Positions 18,267 to 27,771 of a DNA stretch of 64,000 nt are shown piece by piece. The DNA is from Thermoplasmata archaeon (lineage in GTDB: Archaea; Thermoplasmatota; E2; JACPAO01; JAHFTW01), in assembly GCA_034667725.1 (NCBI GenBank), contig JAXDQS010000010.1, positions 224,001-288,000 on the forward strand. Reading direction: 5' to 3'. The translations under genes and the position numbers were made by a program. Each line of letters begins with the position of its first letter. Position 1 is the first letter of the stretch. The notes beneath the pieces were generated by a model, which did no database searches, had not been told where the DNA came from, and saw only the letters and a list, made by a program, of their open reading frames with translations.

Positions 18267-19736
18267 TCACATCAAGGGCGGGATGTCGCCCGGCAGCCCC
18301 GACGCGGAGCCGGGCGCGTCGTCGGAGCCGCGCAGGCCGCGCTGGCTGCTGGCCCGCTTGCGGTAGCGCCCGTCGATGCGGAGCTGTTGGATCGCGGTCT
18401 CGAACGCGGCGGTGACGGCGATGCGCACCGGCGCCGCGGGGTCGAGCACGCCGTCGGCGTCGGGCAGCAGCGGCTCGACGATCGGGTCGTGGCCGGCGTT
18501 GGCCACCAGCAGGTCGGCCAGGCGGGCGAAGCCGTCGGCGGCGGCGCGCAACGCCCACGGCGTCTTGCCGGGCCCGGCGTCGGCCGCGGCGCGCAAGGCC
18601 TTGGCGAGGTGGCGCTGCCAGCGGCCGCCGCCCGGGACGCAGGAGGGGTCGCCGAGGTGGGCGCCGGCGGCGCGCAGCAGGCGCTCGGCGTCGTCCTTGG
18701 CGCGGTCTTGCGCCATGGCGTTGTGCGCCGGCACGACGAGGGTGGCGGACGGGCCGGCGCCCTGCACCATCCAGCCGGCGTGGCCGGGGCGGCGCACCAG
18801 GGTGCCTGTGCCCAAGTCGGCGGCCGTGGCCTCCTCCAGGCGCGGGACGGGGGTCGCGCCGGTGGCGCCGCGCAGGCGGTCGAGCGCGCTGCGCGGGGCG
18901 TCGTTCCACACGGTGATGCCGCGGGTGGCGGCGCGCTCGGCCAGCTCGGGGTTGACCTCGCGGGCGCAGACGACCAGGTTGACGCCGAGCCGCTGGAGGT
19001 GGCCGAGGGCCTCCGTGCGCCTGCGGTCCTCCCCGTCGGTCCAGGCCGCAAGCGCGTGGTCGGCCGTCATGCGGTAGGACATGCGCTCGTTCCATGGGCC
19101 GGGCTTCCAGTCGTCGGTCAGGAGCAGCACGCGCACCGGCGTCGCGGCGGGCACGTCGCGCGGGAGGTGCTGGGGCGCCACCGCGACGCCGGGCAGCCAG
19201 GCGGGGCCGTCGGCCTCGGCCCGCACGTCGACGGCGTCGAGCCGGATTTCGCCGTCGAGGCTGAGATGGGCGAGGCCGCGCAGCACGGTGGCGGCAAGGT
19301 CGGGCTGGCCCGGCAGCACGCTGCGCAGGCTGGCGCCGGCCGCGTCGCGGCTCGCCATGGCGTTGAGTTCCGCGCGCGCCTGGCGCAGCGCGAGCTGGTA
19401 GCCGTCGAGCAGGGCCGCGACCGGGACGCCGGCTTGCCGGGCGCGGTCGGCGGCCCGCATCAGGTGGGCCGCGAGCAGGATGGCGCCCGTCGCCTGGTCG
19501 CCCGCGTGCTCCTGGACGGCGTGCGCGAGGTCGAGGTACGGCTGCAGGTCGGGATGGCGGATGCCGGCCTCGCGCAGCGCCGAGGCGCCCGACTTGAGGA
19601 TCCGGCCGGAGCCGTCGCCCTGCTCGATGCACTTGTCCAGGCCGTGCGGCCCGTAGGTGGGCCCCGCGAAGCCGGCGACCCAGTCCGCGACCCATGCCGT
19701 GACGGCCCGCTCCTCGCCCGCTTGGCCTTCCTCCAC
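18267..19736 (-). CDS. Divergent group II chaperonin (thermosome/TCP-1-like) with degenerate ATPase motifs; start uncertain (19736 or 19775)
   Basis: TYGPHGLDK, IRHP, GDQATG, VPGGG, NAGHDPI, GVLDP...LRID are colinear with thermosome motifs. Confidence 0.82.
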   Translation of the reverse strand: MEEGQAGEERAVTAWVADWVAGFAGPTYGPHGLDKCIEQGDGSGRILKSGASALREAGIRHPDLQPYLDLAHAVQEHAGDQATGAILLAAHLMRAADRARQAGVPVAALLDGYQLALRQARAELNAMASRDAAGASLRSVLPGQPDLAATVLRGLAHLSLDGEIRLDAVDVRAEADGPAWLPGVAVAPQHLPRDVPAATPVRVLLLTDDWKPGPWNERMSYRMTADHALAAWTDGEDRRRTEALGHLQRLGVNLVVCAREVNPELAERAATRGITVWNDAPRSALDRLRGATGATPVPRLEEATAADLGTGTLVRRPGHAGWMVQGAGPSATLVVPAHNAMAQDRAKDDAERLLRAAGAHLGDPSCVPGGGRWQRHLAKALRAAADAGPGKTPWALRAAADGFARLADLLVANAGHDPIVEPLLPDADGVLDPAAPVRIAVTAAFETAIQQLRIDGRYRKRASSQRGLRGSDDAPGSASGLPGDIPPLM

Positions 19737-19795
19737 GCGGCGCCGAAGCAAGGGCTTCCCAAAGGCTTTCAGCAAGACCTGCCTCGCGCGGCCCG

Positions 19796-20827
19796 ATGCA
19801 GCTCGAGGTGGCCCTCCTGGCCGTCGTCGCTGTCGGGACCGCCATTCTGGTGGTCGCCGCCGCCGGCCTGCTGTTCCGCATGGCCCGCCGCCACGCCGAC
19901 GTCGTCCCCGCCGCCCGCGCCAAGGCCGTCGGCGCCCTCGTGGCCAGCCTGGTGCTCGGCGGCGTCGGCATCGTGGCCCTGCACGGCTTCGAGTCCGCCG
20001 GCCACGACGGCATCCACGCCACCTTCACCCAGAACCTCAACAAGACCGTCGGCGAGTCCGACTACCTCGAGGCCCAGAAGGCGCGCGTCAGCAAGACCAA
20101 CGCCATCGACAACATCCTGCCCGCCAAGATCCTGGCCGCCCAAGACGCGGTCAACGCGACCCCGGAAGGCACCAAGCAGCGCACCAACGCCGAGGGCAAC
20201 CTCACCGCCCTCCAGGCCGCCCTCGTCACCGCCCACGCCGACCTTGCCGCCGCGGAGGCCACCATGAAGCGCCTCGCCGGCAACCACCTCCTCTGGCTCA
20301 AGGTCCAGCCGCACTTGGCCAAGCACACGCCCGAAGGCGACGCCGAGGCCCACGACCTCATCGAGCGCTCCCTGCACGCCAGCACCGTCGGCGGCGTCCT
20401 CTCCATCGGCCCCGACGGCGCCTGCGCCCGCGACGCCAAGACCGGCGACTGCACCCAGCCCGTCACCGCGGCGGCGCTCGAGCACGACTTCAAGGACTCC
20501 CACCAGCAGCCGCTCACCATGGAGCAGGGCTTCGAGGACGCCTACCACCACAAGGCGGAGTTCACCCACCAGATGGAGAGCCAGATGGCCTGGTTCTTCT
20601 ACCCCAGCCTGACCGGCCTGTTCCTCGCGCCGTTCGCCTTCGTCGGCGGCCACTTCCTCAGCCGCGCCTTCGTCCCCAGCGACTCAGTCGGCTTCAAGAA
20701 GTACCCCGGCACCAGCGCCGGCTTCTTCCTGCTGCTGGGCGGGTTTGGCTTGCCGGCGCTGCCCTTCAGTGCATGGCTGCTGCGCGACTTCGCGAAGCGC
20801 AGCGCCGAAGGGCAGATCGCGCTGTAG
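19796..20827 (+). CDS. Hypothetical membrane protein with an extracellular coiled-coil loop
   Basis: 2 N-terminal and 2 C-terminal TM; strong GC3 bias. Confidence 0.75.
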   Translation: MQLEVALLAVVAVGTAILVVAAAGLLFRMARRHADVVPAARAKAVGALVASLVLGGVGIVALHGFESAGHDGIHATFTQNLNKTVGESDYLEAQKARVSKTNAIDNILPAKILAAQDAVNATPEGTKQRTNAEGNLTALQAALVTAHADLAAAEATMKRLAGNHLLWLKVQPHLAKHTPEGDAEAHDLIERSLHASTVGGVLSIGPDGACARDAKTGDCTQPVTAAALEHDFKDSHQQPLTMEQGFEDAYHHKAEFTHQMESQMAWFFYPSLTGLFLAPFAFVGGHFLSRAFVPSDSVGFKKYPGTSAGFFLLLGGFGLPALPFSAWLLRDFAKRSAEGQIAL

Positions 20828-20900
20828 GACACGCGGGTGTAGCCACATCGGCCGCAAGCCTGAACCCTTGCCTTGCACCTGCCGCCACGGTCGGTCGGAC

Positions 20901-21695
20901 ATGCAAAGCACCCCCATCCTTTCCAGCATCGCAACCGTCGCCTTGGCGCTCGCCTTGGCGGTGCCGGGCGCCGCGTACCACGTCACGCCGGACGCCTTCA
21001 ACAACCAGAACGGCCTCGACGCCCAGGAGTGGGGCCGGTCCCCGAGCGTGTACTTCCCGCTTGGCGACCCGTTCACCGACGACCAGCCCCTCTGCATCAC
21101 GCTGCGCGCCATCGCGAACTTCGTCCCGGACCCATCCCTGCGGACCACCCTGAACGCCCTGCTAAGCCTCGTCTGCAAGCCCTACTATGCCTGGAACGCC
21201 GCCGACGCCATCTTCGCCTTCCCCGTCTGCGAGGCGCCGCCTGCCTTCCCGGACCCGGGCCACAGCGGCTTCGGCAAGCTTTGCTTCATGAGCCCCGGCT
21301 TCGCGGGCGTCACATGCGCCTTCGTCGGCACCGGCGTCGACCAAGGCGGCTCGAACGGCTTCTACAACCCCTACACGGGCGGAGCCTGCGCCGCGGCCCC
21401 GCCCACCATGGCGCCGATGGGCGGGCCCGCCTGGTTCAGGATCACCATGCAGTCGACCCATCCCGCTACGCCAGGCAGCGACGTGCAGTTCGTCGCCTCC
21501 ATCGGCGGGATCTCCTGCCCGCCCGCCACCGCCCTCGTGTACGACGACCTCTTCGCCCAGACCGTGGCCAACGGCCACGTCACGGGCGTCCCGGACGTCG
21601 AGCCGGCGCCCGCCAGCTTCGGCGGCTACACGGTCGAGAGCGTGGCCGGCCCCGCCGGCCTCACGGCGTGCGGGGCGTCGCCGATGTACGTCTGA
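20901..21695 (+). CDS. Secreted Cys-containing hypothetical protein
   Basis: Signal peptide ending PGAA; several Cys; strong GC3 bias. Confidence 0.7.
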   Translation: MQSTPILSSIATVALALALAVPGAAYHVTPDAFNNQNGLDAQEWGRSPSVYFPLGDPFTDDQPLCITLRAIANFVPDPSLRTTLNALLSLVCKPYYAWNAADAIFAFPVCEAPPAFPDPGHSGFGKLCFMSPGFAGVTCAFVGTGVDQGGSNGFYNPYTGGACAAAPPTMAPMGGPAWFRITMQSTHPATPGSDVQFVASIGGISCPPATALVYDDLFAQTVANGHVTGVPDVEPAPASFGGYTVESVAGPAGLTACGASPMYV

Positions 21696-21759
21696 CGGCG
21701 GCCACGTCGCGCGCCGCTCGCCAGAATAGTCATAAGCGACCCGCCCGTCGAAGCCCTTG

Positions 21760-21993
21760 ATGGTCCTGCGCTTCTTCCGCCGCAAGCCTGCCGCCAAGCC
21801 CCAGCCGCCTGCCGACAAGTCGCTCCCGGAGGTCTCGCGTCCCCAGCCCCCGCCCGTCGTGGCGCCCGAGCTGACCGAGTCCCCCAAGGCCCCTAAGCAG
21901 GTCAAGAAGGCCCCCGCCAAGAAGGCGGCCGCGAAGAAGGCCTCGGCCAAGAAGGCGCCTGCCAAGAAGGCGGCCGCGAAGAAGGCCAAGTAG
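21760..21993 (+). CDS. Small basic protein with a histone H1-like KKA[P/A/S]A tail
   Basis: Five tandem pentapeptides (15-bp repeat at 21904-21990); CATAAG 29 nt upstream; T-rich tract downstream. Confidence 0.7.
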   Translation: MVLRFFRRKPAAKPQPPADKSLPEVSRPQPPPVVAPELTESPKAPKQVKKAPAKKAAAKKASAKKAPAKKAAAKKAK

Positions 21994-22036
21994 GCCCGTT
22001 CCCCCTCCTTTTTCCCCGCTTCGTCTTCCGCAGCGC

Positions 22037-24115
22037 GTGGCCTACCAGCTCAAGGCCCCCTTCGAGCCCGCGGGCGACCAGGGGCCCGCCATCGCCGCCA
22101 TCGTCAAGGCCGTCCGAGCGGGCCAGCGCTTCATCACGCTCCAAGGCGTGACCGGCGTCGGCAAGACCTACATCATGGCGCAGGTGGTCTCGCAGGTCCG
22201 CAAGCCGACCTTGGTGATCAGCCACAACAAGACCTTGGCGGCGCAGCTCTACGAGGAGCTGAAGGCGTTCTTCCCCCAGAACGCGGTCGAGTACTTCGTC
22301 AGCTACTACGACTACTACCAGCCCGAGGCGTACGTCCCGCAGTCGGACACCTACATCGCGAAGGAGTCGGACGTCAACAAGGAGATCGAGAAGCTGCGGC
22401 ACTCGACGACGCAGTCGCTCATGACGCGCGACGACGTGGTGGTGGTGTCGTCGGTGTCGTGCATCTACGGCCTGGGCTCGCCGGAGAACTACCGCGCCAA
22501 CAACCTGCTCTTGCACGTGGGCGAGAAGATCGAGCGCCGCACCTTGACCGGCCGGCTGGTGGACATCTACTACGAGCGCAACGACGCCGAGCTGAAGCCG
22601 GGCACGTTCCGGGTCCGCGGCGACACCATCGACATCCTGCCCCCCGGCGACGAGGACCCGCTGCGCGTGGCGTTGTGGGGCGACGAGGTCGAGTCGATTC
22701 GCCGCGTCCACCGCCTCACCGGCGACACCCTGGTGGACTACCAAGGCGCGACCGTGTTCCCAGCCAAGCATTTCGTGTTGCCGCCGGACCAGCTCGAGGC
22801 CGCCATCCAGCGCATCCAGGAGCAGCTCAAGGACCGCCTGTCCGAGCTGCGCGGCCAAGGCAAGATCCTGGAGGCGGCGCGGTTGGAGCAGCGCACCCGG
22901 TTCGACGTCGAGATGCTGCGGGAAATCGGCTACTGCAACGGCATCGAGAACTACAGCCAGCCCTTGAGCGGCCGCCCGCGCGGCGACCCCGGCGCCTGCC
23001 TGATGGACTACTTCCCCGACGACTACCTGTTGATCATGGACGAGTCGCACGTGACGGTCCCCCAGGTGCGCGGCATGTACAACGGCGACCGGATGCGCAA
23101 GGAGACGCTCATCGAATACGGCTTCCGCCTGCCCAGCGCCCTCGACAACCGCCCCCTGAAGTTCCACGAGTTCGAACGCAAGTTCCGCCAAGTGGTGTTC
23201 ACGAGTGCCACGCCAGGCCCCTACGAGGCGGAGAAGGAGGAGCTGCGCGTGCAGGCCGTGGTGCGCCCCACCGGCCTCATCGACCCCGAGGTCGAGGTCC
23301 GCCCCGTCCAAGGCCAAGTCGATGACCTCTACGGCGAGATCGTCAAGACCGCCAAGCGCGGCGAGCGCATCCTCATCACGACGCTCACCAAGAAGATGGC
23401 CGAGGAGCTCACCAAGCACTACCAAGGCCTCGGCCTCAAGGTCGCCTACCTGCACTCCGACATCGACACGCTGGAGCGCGTCATCATCCTGGAGAAGCTC
23501 CGCAAGGGCGAGCACGACGTCCTCGTCGGCATCAACCTGCTGCGCGAAGGCCTCGACCTGCCCGAAGTGAGCCTGGTGGCCATCTTCGACGCCGACAAGA
23601 TCGGCTTCCTCCGCAGCCACACCAGCCTCATCCAGACCATCGGCCGCGCCGCCCGCAACGTCCACGGCCGGGTCCTGATGTACGCCGACCGGATGAGCGA
23701 CGCCATGAAGGTGGCCATCGACGCCACCAACGAGCGGCGCGCCAAGCAGGTCGCGTACAACAAGGAGCACGGCATCACCCCGACGAACGCCGTCCGCAGC
23801 ATGAAGGGCCTCGAGATCGACGGCCGCCGCATCGGCGAGAAGATCCCCGCCATCCCCAAGGAGGCCATCGCCAAGATGGGCAAGACCGACTTCGACCGCC
23901 TCATCCGCGACTTGGAGCACGAGATGCAGGCCGCCGCCAAGGCGTGGGACTTCGAGAAGGCCGCCCTGCTCCGGGACGAGATCCTGCAGCTCAAGACCGA
24001 CGCCGGGTCGCACAAGGACGAGCCTTCCGAGCGCCAGGCCGCGGCGCAGGAGAAGGTGGAGGAGCGGGTCGGGCCGCGGCGTGGGAAGGGGAAGCCGAAG
24101 GAGCCGCTGCTTTAG
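22037..24115 (+). CDS. uvrB: Excinuclease ABC subunit B
   Basis: GVTGVGKT, YFVSYYDYYQPEAY, DESH, GINLLREGLDLPEV, QTIGRAARN, FEKAALLRD. Confidence 0.98.
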   Translation: MAYQLKAPFEPAGDQGPAIAAIVKAVRAGQRFITLQGVTGVGKTYIMAQVVSQVRKPTLVISHNKTLAAQLYEELKAFFPQNAVEYFVSYYDYYQPEAYVPQSDTYIAKESDVNKEIEKLRHSTTQSLMTRDDVVVVSSVSCIYGLGSPENYRANNLLLHVGEKIERRTLTGRLVDIYYERNDAELKPGTFRVRGDTIDILPPGDEDPLRVALWGDEVESIRRVHRLTGDTLVDYQGATVFPAKHFVLPPDQLEAAIQRIQEQLKDRLSELRGQGKILEAARLEQRTRFDVEMLREIGYCNGIENYSQPLSGRPRGDPGACLMDYFPDDYLLIMDESHVTVPQVRGMYNGDRMRKETLIEYGFRLPSALDNRPLKFHEFERKFRQVVFTSATPGPYEAEKEELRVQAVVRPTGLIDPEVEVRPVQGQVDDLYGEIVKTAKRGERILITTLTKKMAEELTKHYQGLGLKVAYLHSDIDTLERVIILEKLRKGEHDVLVGINLLREGLDLPEVSLVAIFDADKIGFLRSHTSLIQTIGRAARNVHGRVLMYADRMSDAMKVAIDATNERRAKQVAYNKEHGITPTNAVRSMKGLEIDGRRIGEKIPAIPKEAIAKMGKTDFDRLIRDLEHEMQAAAKAWDFEKAALLRDEILQLKTDAGSHKDEPSERQAAAQEKVEERVGPRRGKGKPKEPLL

Positions 24116-24289
24116 CCCAGGCTTGGCCTAGGACAACCTGGGCGCAAAGACCGCGGATTCGCCCGCCTAGGCTTGTCCCAGCCCCCCATCCCGCCCGCAA
24201 CCGCGGAATCCGCGGCGAATCCCGGGGCGCGGCTTCTGCCCTTGCCGGAGGCGGCCCCGTTCAAGCCCGCCCGCACCCAAGGGGTCGGC

Positions 24290-24475
24290 ATGGCCGACAG
24301 CTACGAGCTGCGCAAGGGTGCCCGCACCCTGAATGTCATCGAGGACGACCTGGCCGCCGAGATCGTGGCCGCCGTGGCCCGCGACCGCCTGGAGGAGGAC
24401 CTCGCGTCCCAGGCCCGCGTCGAGCGCGACCGCGAGGCGGCCGAGGCGGACGACAGCCTGGGCTGCGACTGCTGA
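24290..24475 (+). CDS. Small acidic hypothetical protein (61 aa) ending in GCDC
   Basis: TTCAAG 30 nt upstream; strong GC3 bias. Confidence 0.6.
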   Translation: MADSYELRKGARTLNVIEDDLAAEIVAAVARDRLEEDLASQARVERDREAAEADDSLGCDC

Positions 24476-24509
24476 AGCGTTTTCCCTCGCCCGCCGCTTC
24501 GCCGCCGCG

Positions 24510-24902
24510 TTGACCGACGCCACCGTGTGGTTCGACGGCGCCTGCAGCGGCAATCCCGGCCCCATGGGCGCCGGCGCCGTGGTCGAGGTCGCCGGCCGGC
24601 GCGAATCGTTCAGCCGCAACATGGGCCACGGCACCAACAACGAGGCAGAATACCACGCCATCATCCTGGGCCTGTTGCGCGCCCACGCCGCCGGGGCGAC
24701 CCGGGTGACGATCCGCGGCGACTCCCAACTGGTCCTGCGGCAACTGGAGGGCCGCTACGCCGTCAAGGCCGCGAACCTCCAGCCCTTGGTGGCCGAGGCC
24801 AAGCGCCTGTTGGGGCAGTTCGAGCGCGCCAAGCTGGAATGGGTCCCGCGGCTCGAGAACGCCGAGGCCGACGCCGCCGCCCGCCACGCCATCGGCATGT
24901 GA
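24510..24902 (+). CDS. rnhA: Ribonuclease HI (archaeal/actinobacterial type)
   Basis: FDGACSGNPG, TNNEAEY, GDSQLV, WVPRLENAEAD; probable TTG start. Confidence 0.93.
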   Translation: MTDATVWFDGACSGNPGPMGAGAVVEVAGRRESFSRNMGHGTNNEAEYHAIILGLLRAHAAGATRVTIRGDSQLVLRQLEGRYAVKAANLQPLVAEAKRLLGQFERAKLEWVPRLENAEADAAARHAIGM

Positions 24903-25004
24903 GCCCTCCTGGGCGCGGACGTCCCGCGGGGCGCAGCCCCCGGTTGGGGAGAAAACCAACCTCCAACCCTCTCTTATATGGGGACGGCGCCCATCGACCT
25001 ACCC

Positions 25005-26939
25005 ATGCGCCCCCTCCTCTTGGTGGCCACCGCCCTGCTGATGTTCGCGTTCGTGGCCAGCGCCCCGCACGCGGACGCCCAAGGCGCTTCCACACTTACC
25101 GTCACCATCTGCGCCCAGCCGACCTATTCCGAGTCCAAGGACACGGCCCTGTGCGAGGGCCGCGGCTTGGCGGGCGCCACCGTCCGCGTCACCCGCAACG
25201 GCCCGCTCGGCAACAACGTCGGCGCCGTCGACCGCAGCGCGACCACCGACGCCAACGGTGTCGCCGCCTTCGACGCCTTGGCGGACGGCACCTACAACCT
25301 CCAGGCGACCCGCGCCGGCTTCGCCGCGCGCACGGCCACCGTCGAGGTCGCGGGCGCCACCAAGGCGGCCTACACCCTCGCCGGCGTCCCGGTCGAGTTC
25401 CAAGGCATCGTCAAGGACGCCGCCGGCAAGCCGGTGGCCGAGGCCATCGTCACGGTGTGCTGCTCGCGCGACTCCTCGTACCAGCCGCCCGTCGCCACCG
25501 GCGAGGACGGCCTGTTCCGGGTCGCGACCACGGGCGGCTACCAGTCGGTCGGCGCCTACGACGCCCCAGGCTTCGTGCCTTACAACGCCGAGGTGCTGGT
25601 GGACGGCAGCCGCCAGGACATCACCCTGGAGCGGGTCCCCGCCCAGGACGCCGAACTCCACGGCGTCGTGCGCGACCAGGACGGCAAGCCCGTCGCCGGC
25701 CTGCGCATCGACGCCAACCCCTCGTGCTGCCACACCGAGCCGATGCCGGCCGACGAGCCGGGCGCGCCCGCGTCGTCGGTGCCCCCCAGCCCCGGCTACG
25801 CCTACTACGGCAACCACACCACGACCGCCAGCGACGGCTCCTACGCGATCCACGTCTACGGCGGCGCCACCGTCGGCCTGCGCGTCGGCTCCGAGGACTT
25901 CGCCCCGCTCTACAAGGACGTCCAGGTCGGCAAGGGCGCCTCCGTGCGCGCGGACCTCGACGTCAAGCGCTACCCGCCCCGCGACGCCCGCATCGAGGGC
26001 CGCGTCACCGACGGCGACGGCCACGGCATCGGCTCGGTCGCGATCACGGTCAACAACCCCGAGTTCGGCCGCACCGAGCAAGGCGGCCAATGGTGCGCCG
26101 CCGCCCCCGTGCCGATGATGGCAGAGGGCGACGCCATCGCCAAGCCCGCCATCTGGGCCGGCCCGGAGTGCTCCCTCAGCGTGCAGGCCGACGGCAGCTT
26201 CTCCGGCCTCGTGACCCCCGGCTACAGCATCGTCACCGTGTACTACGTCTGCATGGAGGGCGACTGCGCCGACGGCTACTACCCGTCCGTCCGCACCCTG
26301 GTGCTGCGCTCCGGCACCCAGCGCCTCGACGTCGCCCTCGTGCCCCGCCCCGGCCCCGACGCCACCCTGTCCGGCTACCTCGTGGACGCCGACCAGCGCG
26401 AAGGCATCGCCGGCCCCGACGCCCGCATCGACCTCTACAACCTCGACAACGGCGCCTGGGGCAGCGCGGTCGCCGACGCGCAAGGCTCCTACAAGATCCG
26501 GCTCCGCAGCGGCCTCCACCAGGTCACCGCCTACGCCGACGGCCACCTCCACTGGGAAGGCATCGTCAGGGTCGAGCCCGGCGACAACGCGCTCGACATC
26601 CTCATGACGGCCGGCCAGGACACCGGCTACGGCGGCTGCTGCTACCTCGCGCAGGACAGCAAGGGCATGGCCACCACCGCCACCGCCTCCCCGGCCCCGA
26701 TGACGCCGGGCGACGACGGCGGCAGCCGCGTCGCCGAGCAGGAGCTGCGCCAGAACCTCGCCGCCAACACGCCCGCCTTCGAGGACCTCAACGGCGGCCT
26801 CGGCCCGTACGACCCGGACGAGCGCCCCGCCCCGAACAACGGCACCGGCACCCGCGCCAGCCCGGCGCTGGGCCTGCTGACGGTGCTGGGCGTCGCGGCC
26901 GCGATGGTCGTGGCGCGGCGCAAGGGCCGCGAATCCTAG
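25005..26939 (+). CDS. Surface protein with tandem carboxypeptidase-regulatory-like (transthyretin-like) domains and C-terminal anchor
   Basis: Signal peptide; repeated G.V.D..GKPVA / T..DG.Y units; SPALG + TM + RRK. Confidence 0.85.
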   Translation: MRPLLLVATALLMFAFVASAPHADAQGASTLTVTICAQPTYSESKDTALCEGRGLAGATVRVTRNGPLGNNVGAVDRSATTDANGVAAFDALADGTYNLQATRAGFAARTATVEVAGATKAAYTLAGVPVEFQGIVKDAAGKPVAEAIVTVCCSRDSSYQPPVATGEDGLFRVATTGGYQSVGAYDAPGFVPYNAEVLVDGSRQDITLERVPAQDAELHGVVRDQDGKPVAGLRIDANPSCCHTEPMPADEPGAPASSVPPSPGYAYYGNHTTTASDGSYAIHVYGGATVGLRVGSEDFAPLYKDVQVGKGASVRADLDVKRYPPRDARIEGRVTDGDGHGIGSVAITVNNPEFGRTEQGGQWCAAAPVPMMAEGDAIAKPAIWAGPECSLSVQADGSFSGLVTPGYSIVTVYYVCMEGDCADGYYPSVRTLVLRSGTQRLDVALVPRPGPDATLSGYLVDADQREGIAGPDARIDLYNLDNGAWGSAVADAQGSYKIRLRSGLHQVTAYADGHLHWEGIVRVEPGDNALDILMTAGQDTGYGGCCYLAQDSKGMATTATASPAPMTPGDDGGSRVAEQELRQNLAANTPAFEDLNGGLGPYDPDERPAPNNGTGTRASPALGLLTVLGVAAAMVVARRKGRES

Positions 26940-27685
26940 CGAAGCGAGGACGCGGCCTTCGCCAGCTCCACGAGCCCCGCCGCCGTGCGCGTGCCGAACC
27001 AGGTGAGCGCCTCGCCGTCCACCACCCGCACCCGCCCGGGCGCGCCGCACGGCCCGAGGCCGGCGGTGTCGACCGGCTTGCGGTGGAACGGGAACGGCTC
27101 CGTGGGCAGCAGCGTCCACGCCGCCCCGGCGGCGCGGACCTCGGCGTCCGTGACCTCGAAGTAGCGCGGCCCCGCGTGGTCCCCGAAGACGTTGCGCAGG
27201 CCCGCCGCCGCCAGCATCGCGCTGGGGTAGCTGGTGCCGTCGAACGTCATCCACGGATGCCAGATCGGGCAGAACACCGGCACCGGCGACGCGGGCCGGG
27301 GCAGCGCCGCGACGGCAGCGTCGAAGCCGGCCCGCCAATGCTGGGCGGCCGCCTCGGCGCCGCCGCCGACCCGCCGCGCCAGGCGCAGCACGAAGGCCGC
27401 CGCGTCGTGCGGGGTCGCGATGTCGCTCCACAGCACCTCGACGCCGTGGGCTTCCAGCGCGTCCACCAGCGCCTTGGGGTTCTCGTCCTTGTCGGCCACC
27501 ACGAGCGTGGGCCGCAGCGCGAGGATCTTGTCGAGGCTGGCGTCCTTGGTGCCGCCCACGTGCGGGACCGTCTTGGCGGCCTCCGGCGCGATGCAGAACC
27601 GGGTGCGGCCGACGACCTGGCCGCCGGCGCCGAGGTCGAACAAGGTCTCGGTGTGGCTCGGCACCAGGCTCACGATGCGCTGCAC
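26936..27685 (-). CDS. Helical-backbone metal receptor (BtuF-like cobalamin/siderophore-binding protein)
   Basis: RIVSLVPSHTETLFDLG, VGRTRFC, VGGTKD, DKDEN, VDGEALTWFG. Confidence 0.88.
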   Translation of the reverse strand: MQRIVSLVPSHTETLFDLGAGGQVVGRTRFCIAPEAAKTVPHVGGTKDASLDKILALRPTLVVADKDENPKALVDALEAHGVEVLWSDIATPHDAAAFVLRLARRVGGGAEAAAQHWRAGFDAAVAALPRPASPVPVFCPIWHPWMTFDGTSYPSAMLAAAGLRNVFGDHAGPRYFEVTDAEVRAAGAAWTLLPTEPFPFHRKPVDTAGLGPCGAPGRVRVVDGEALTWFGTRTAAGLVELAKAASSLR

Positions 27686-27771
27686 GGACGGGGCAAGGCG
27701 TCGCGCGCTTGGGCCTTCCGTCGCGTCCTCCGACCACAACCGTTCTAAGGGTGGGGGAAGTGAGAACCGCG

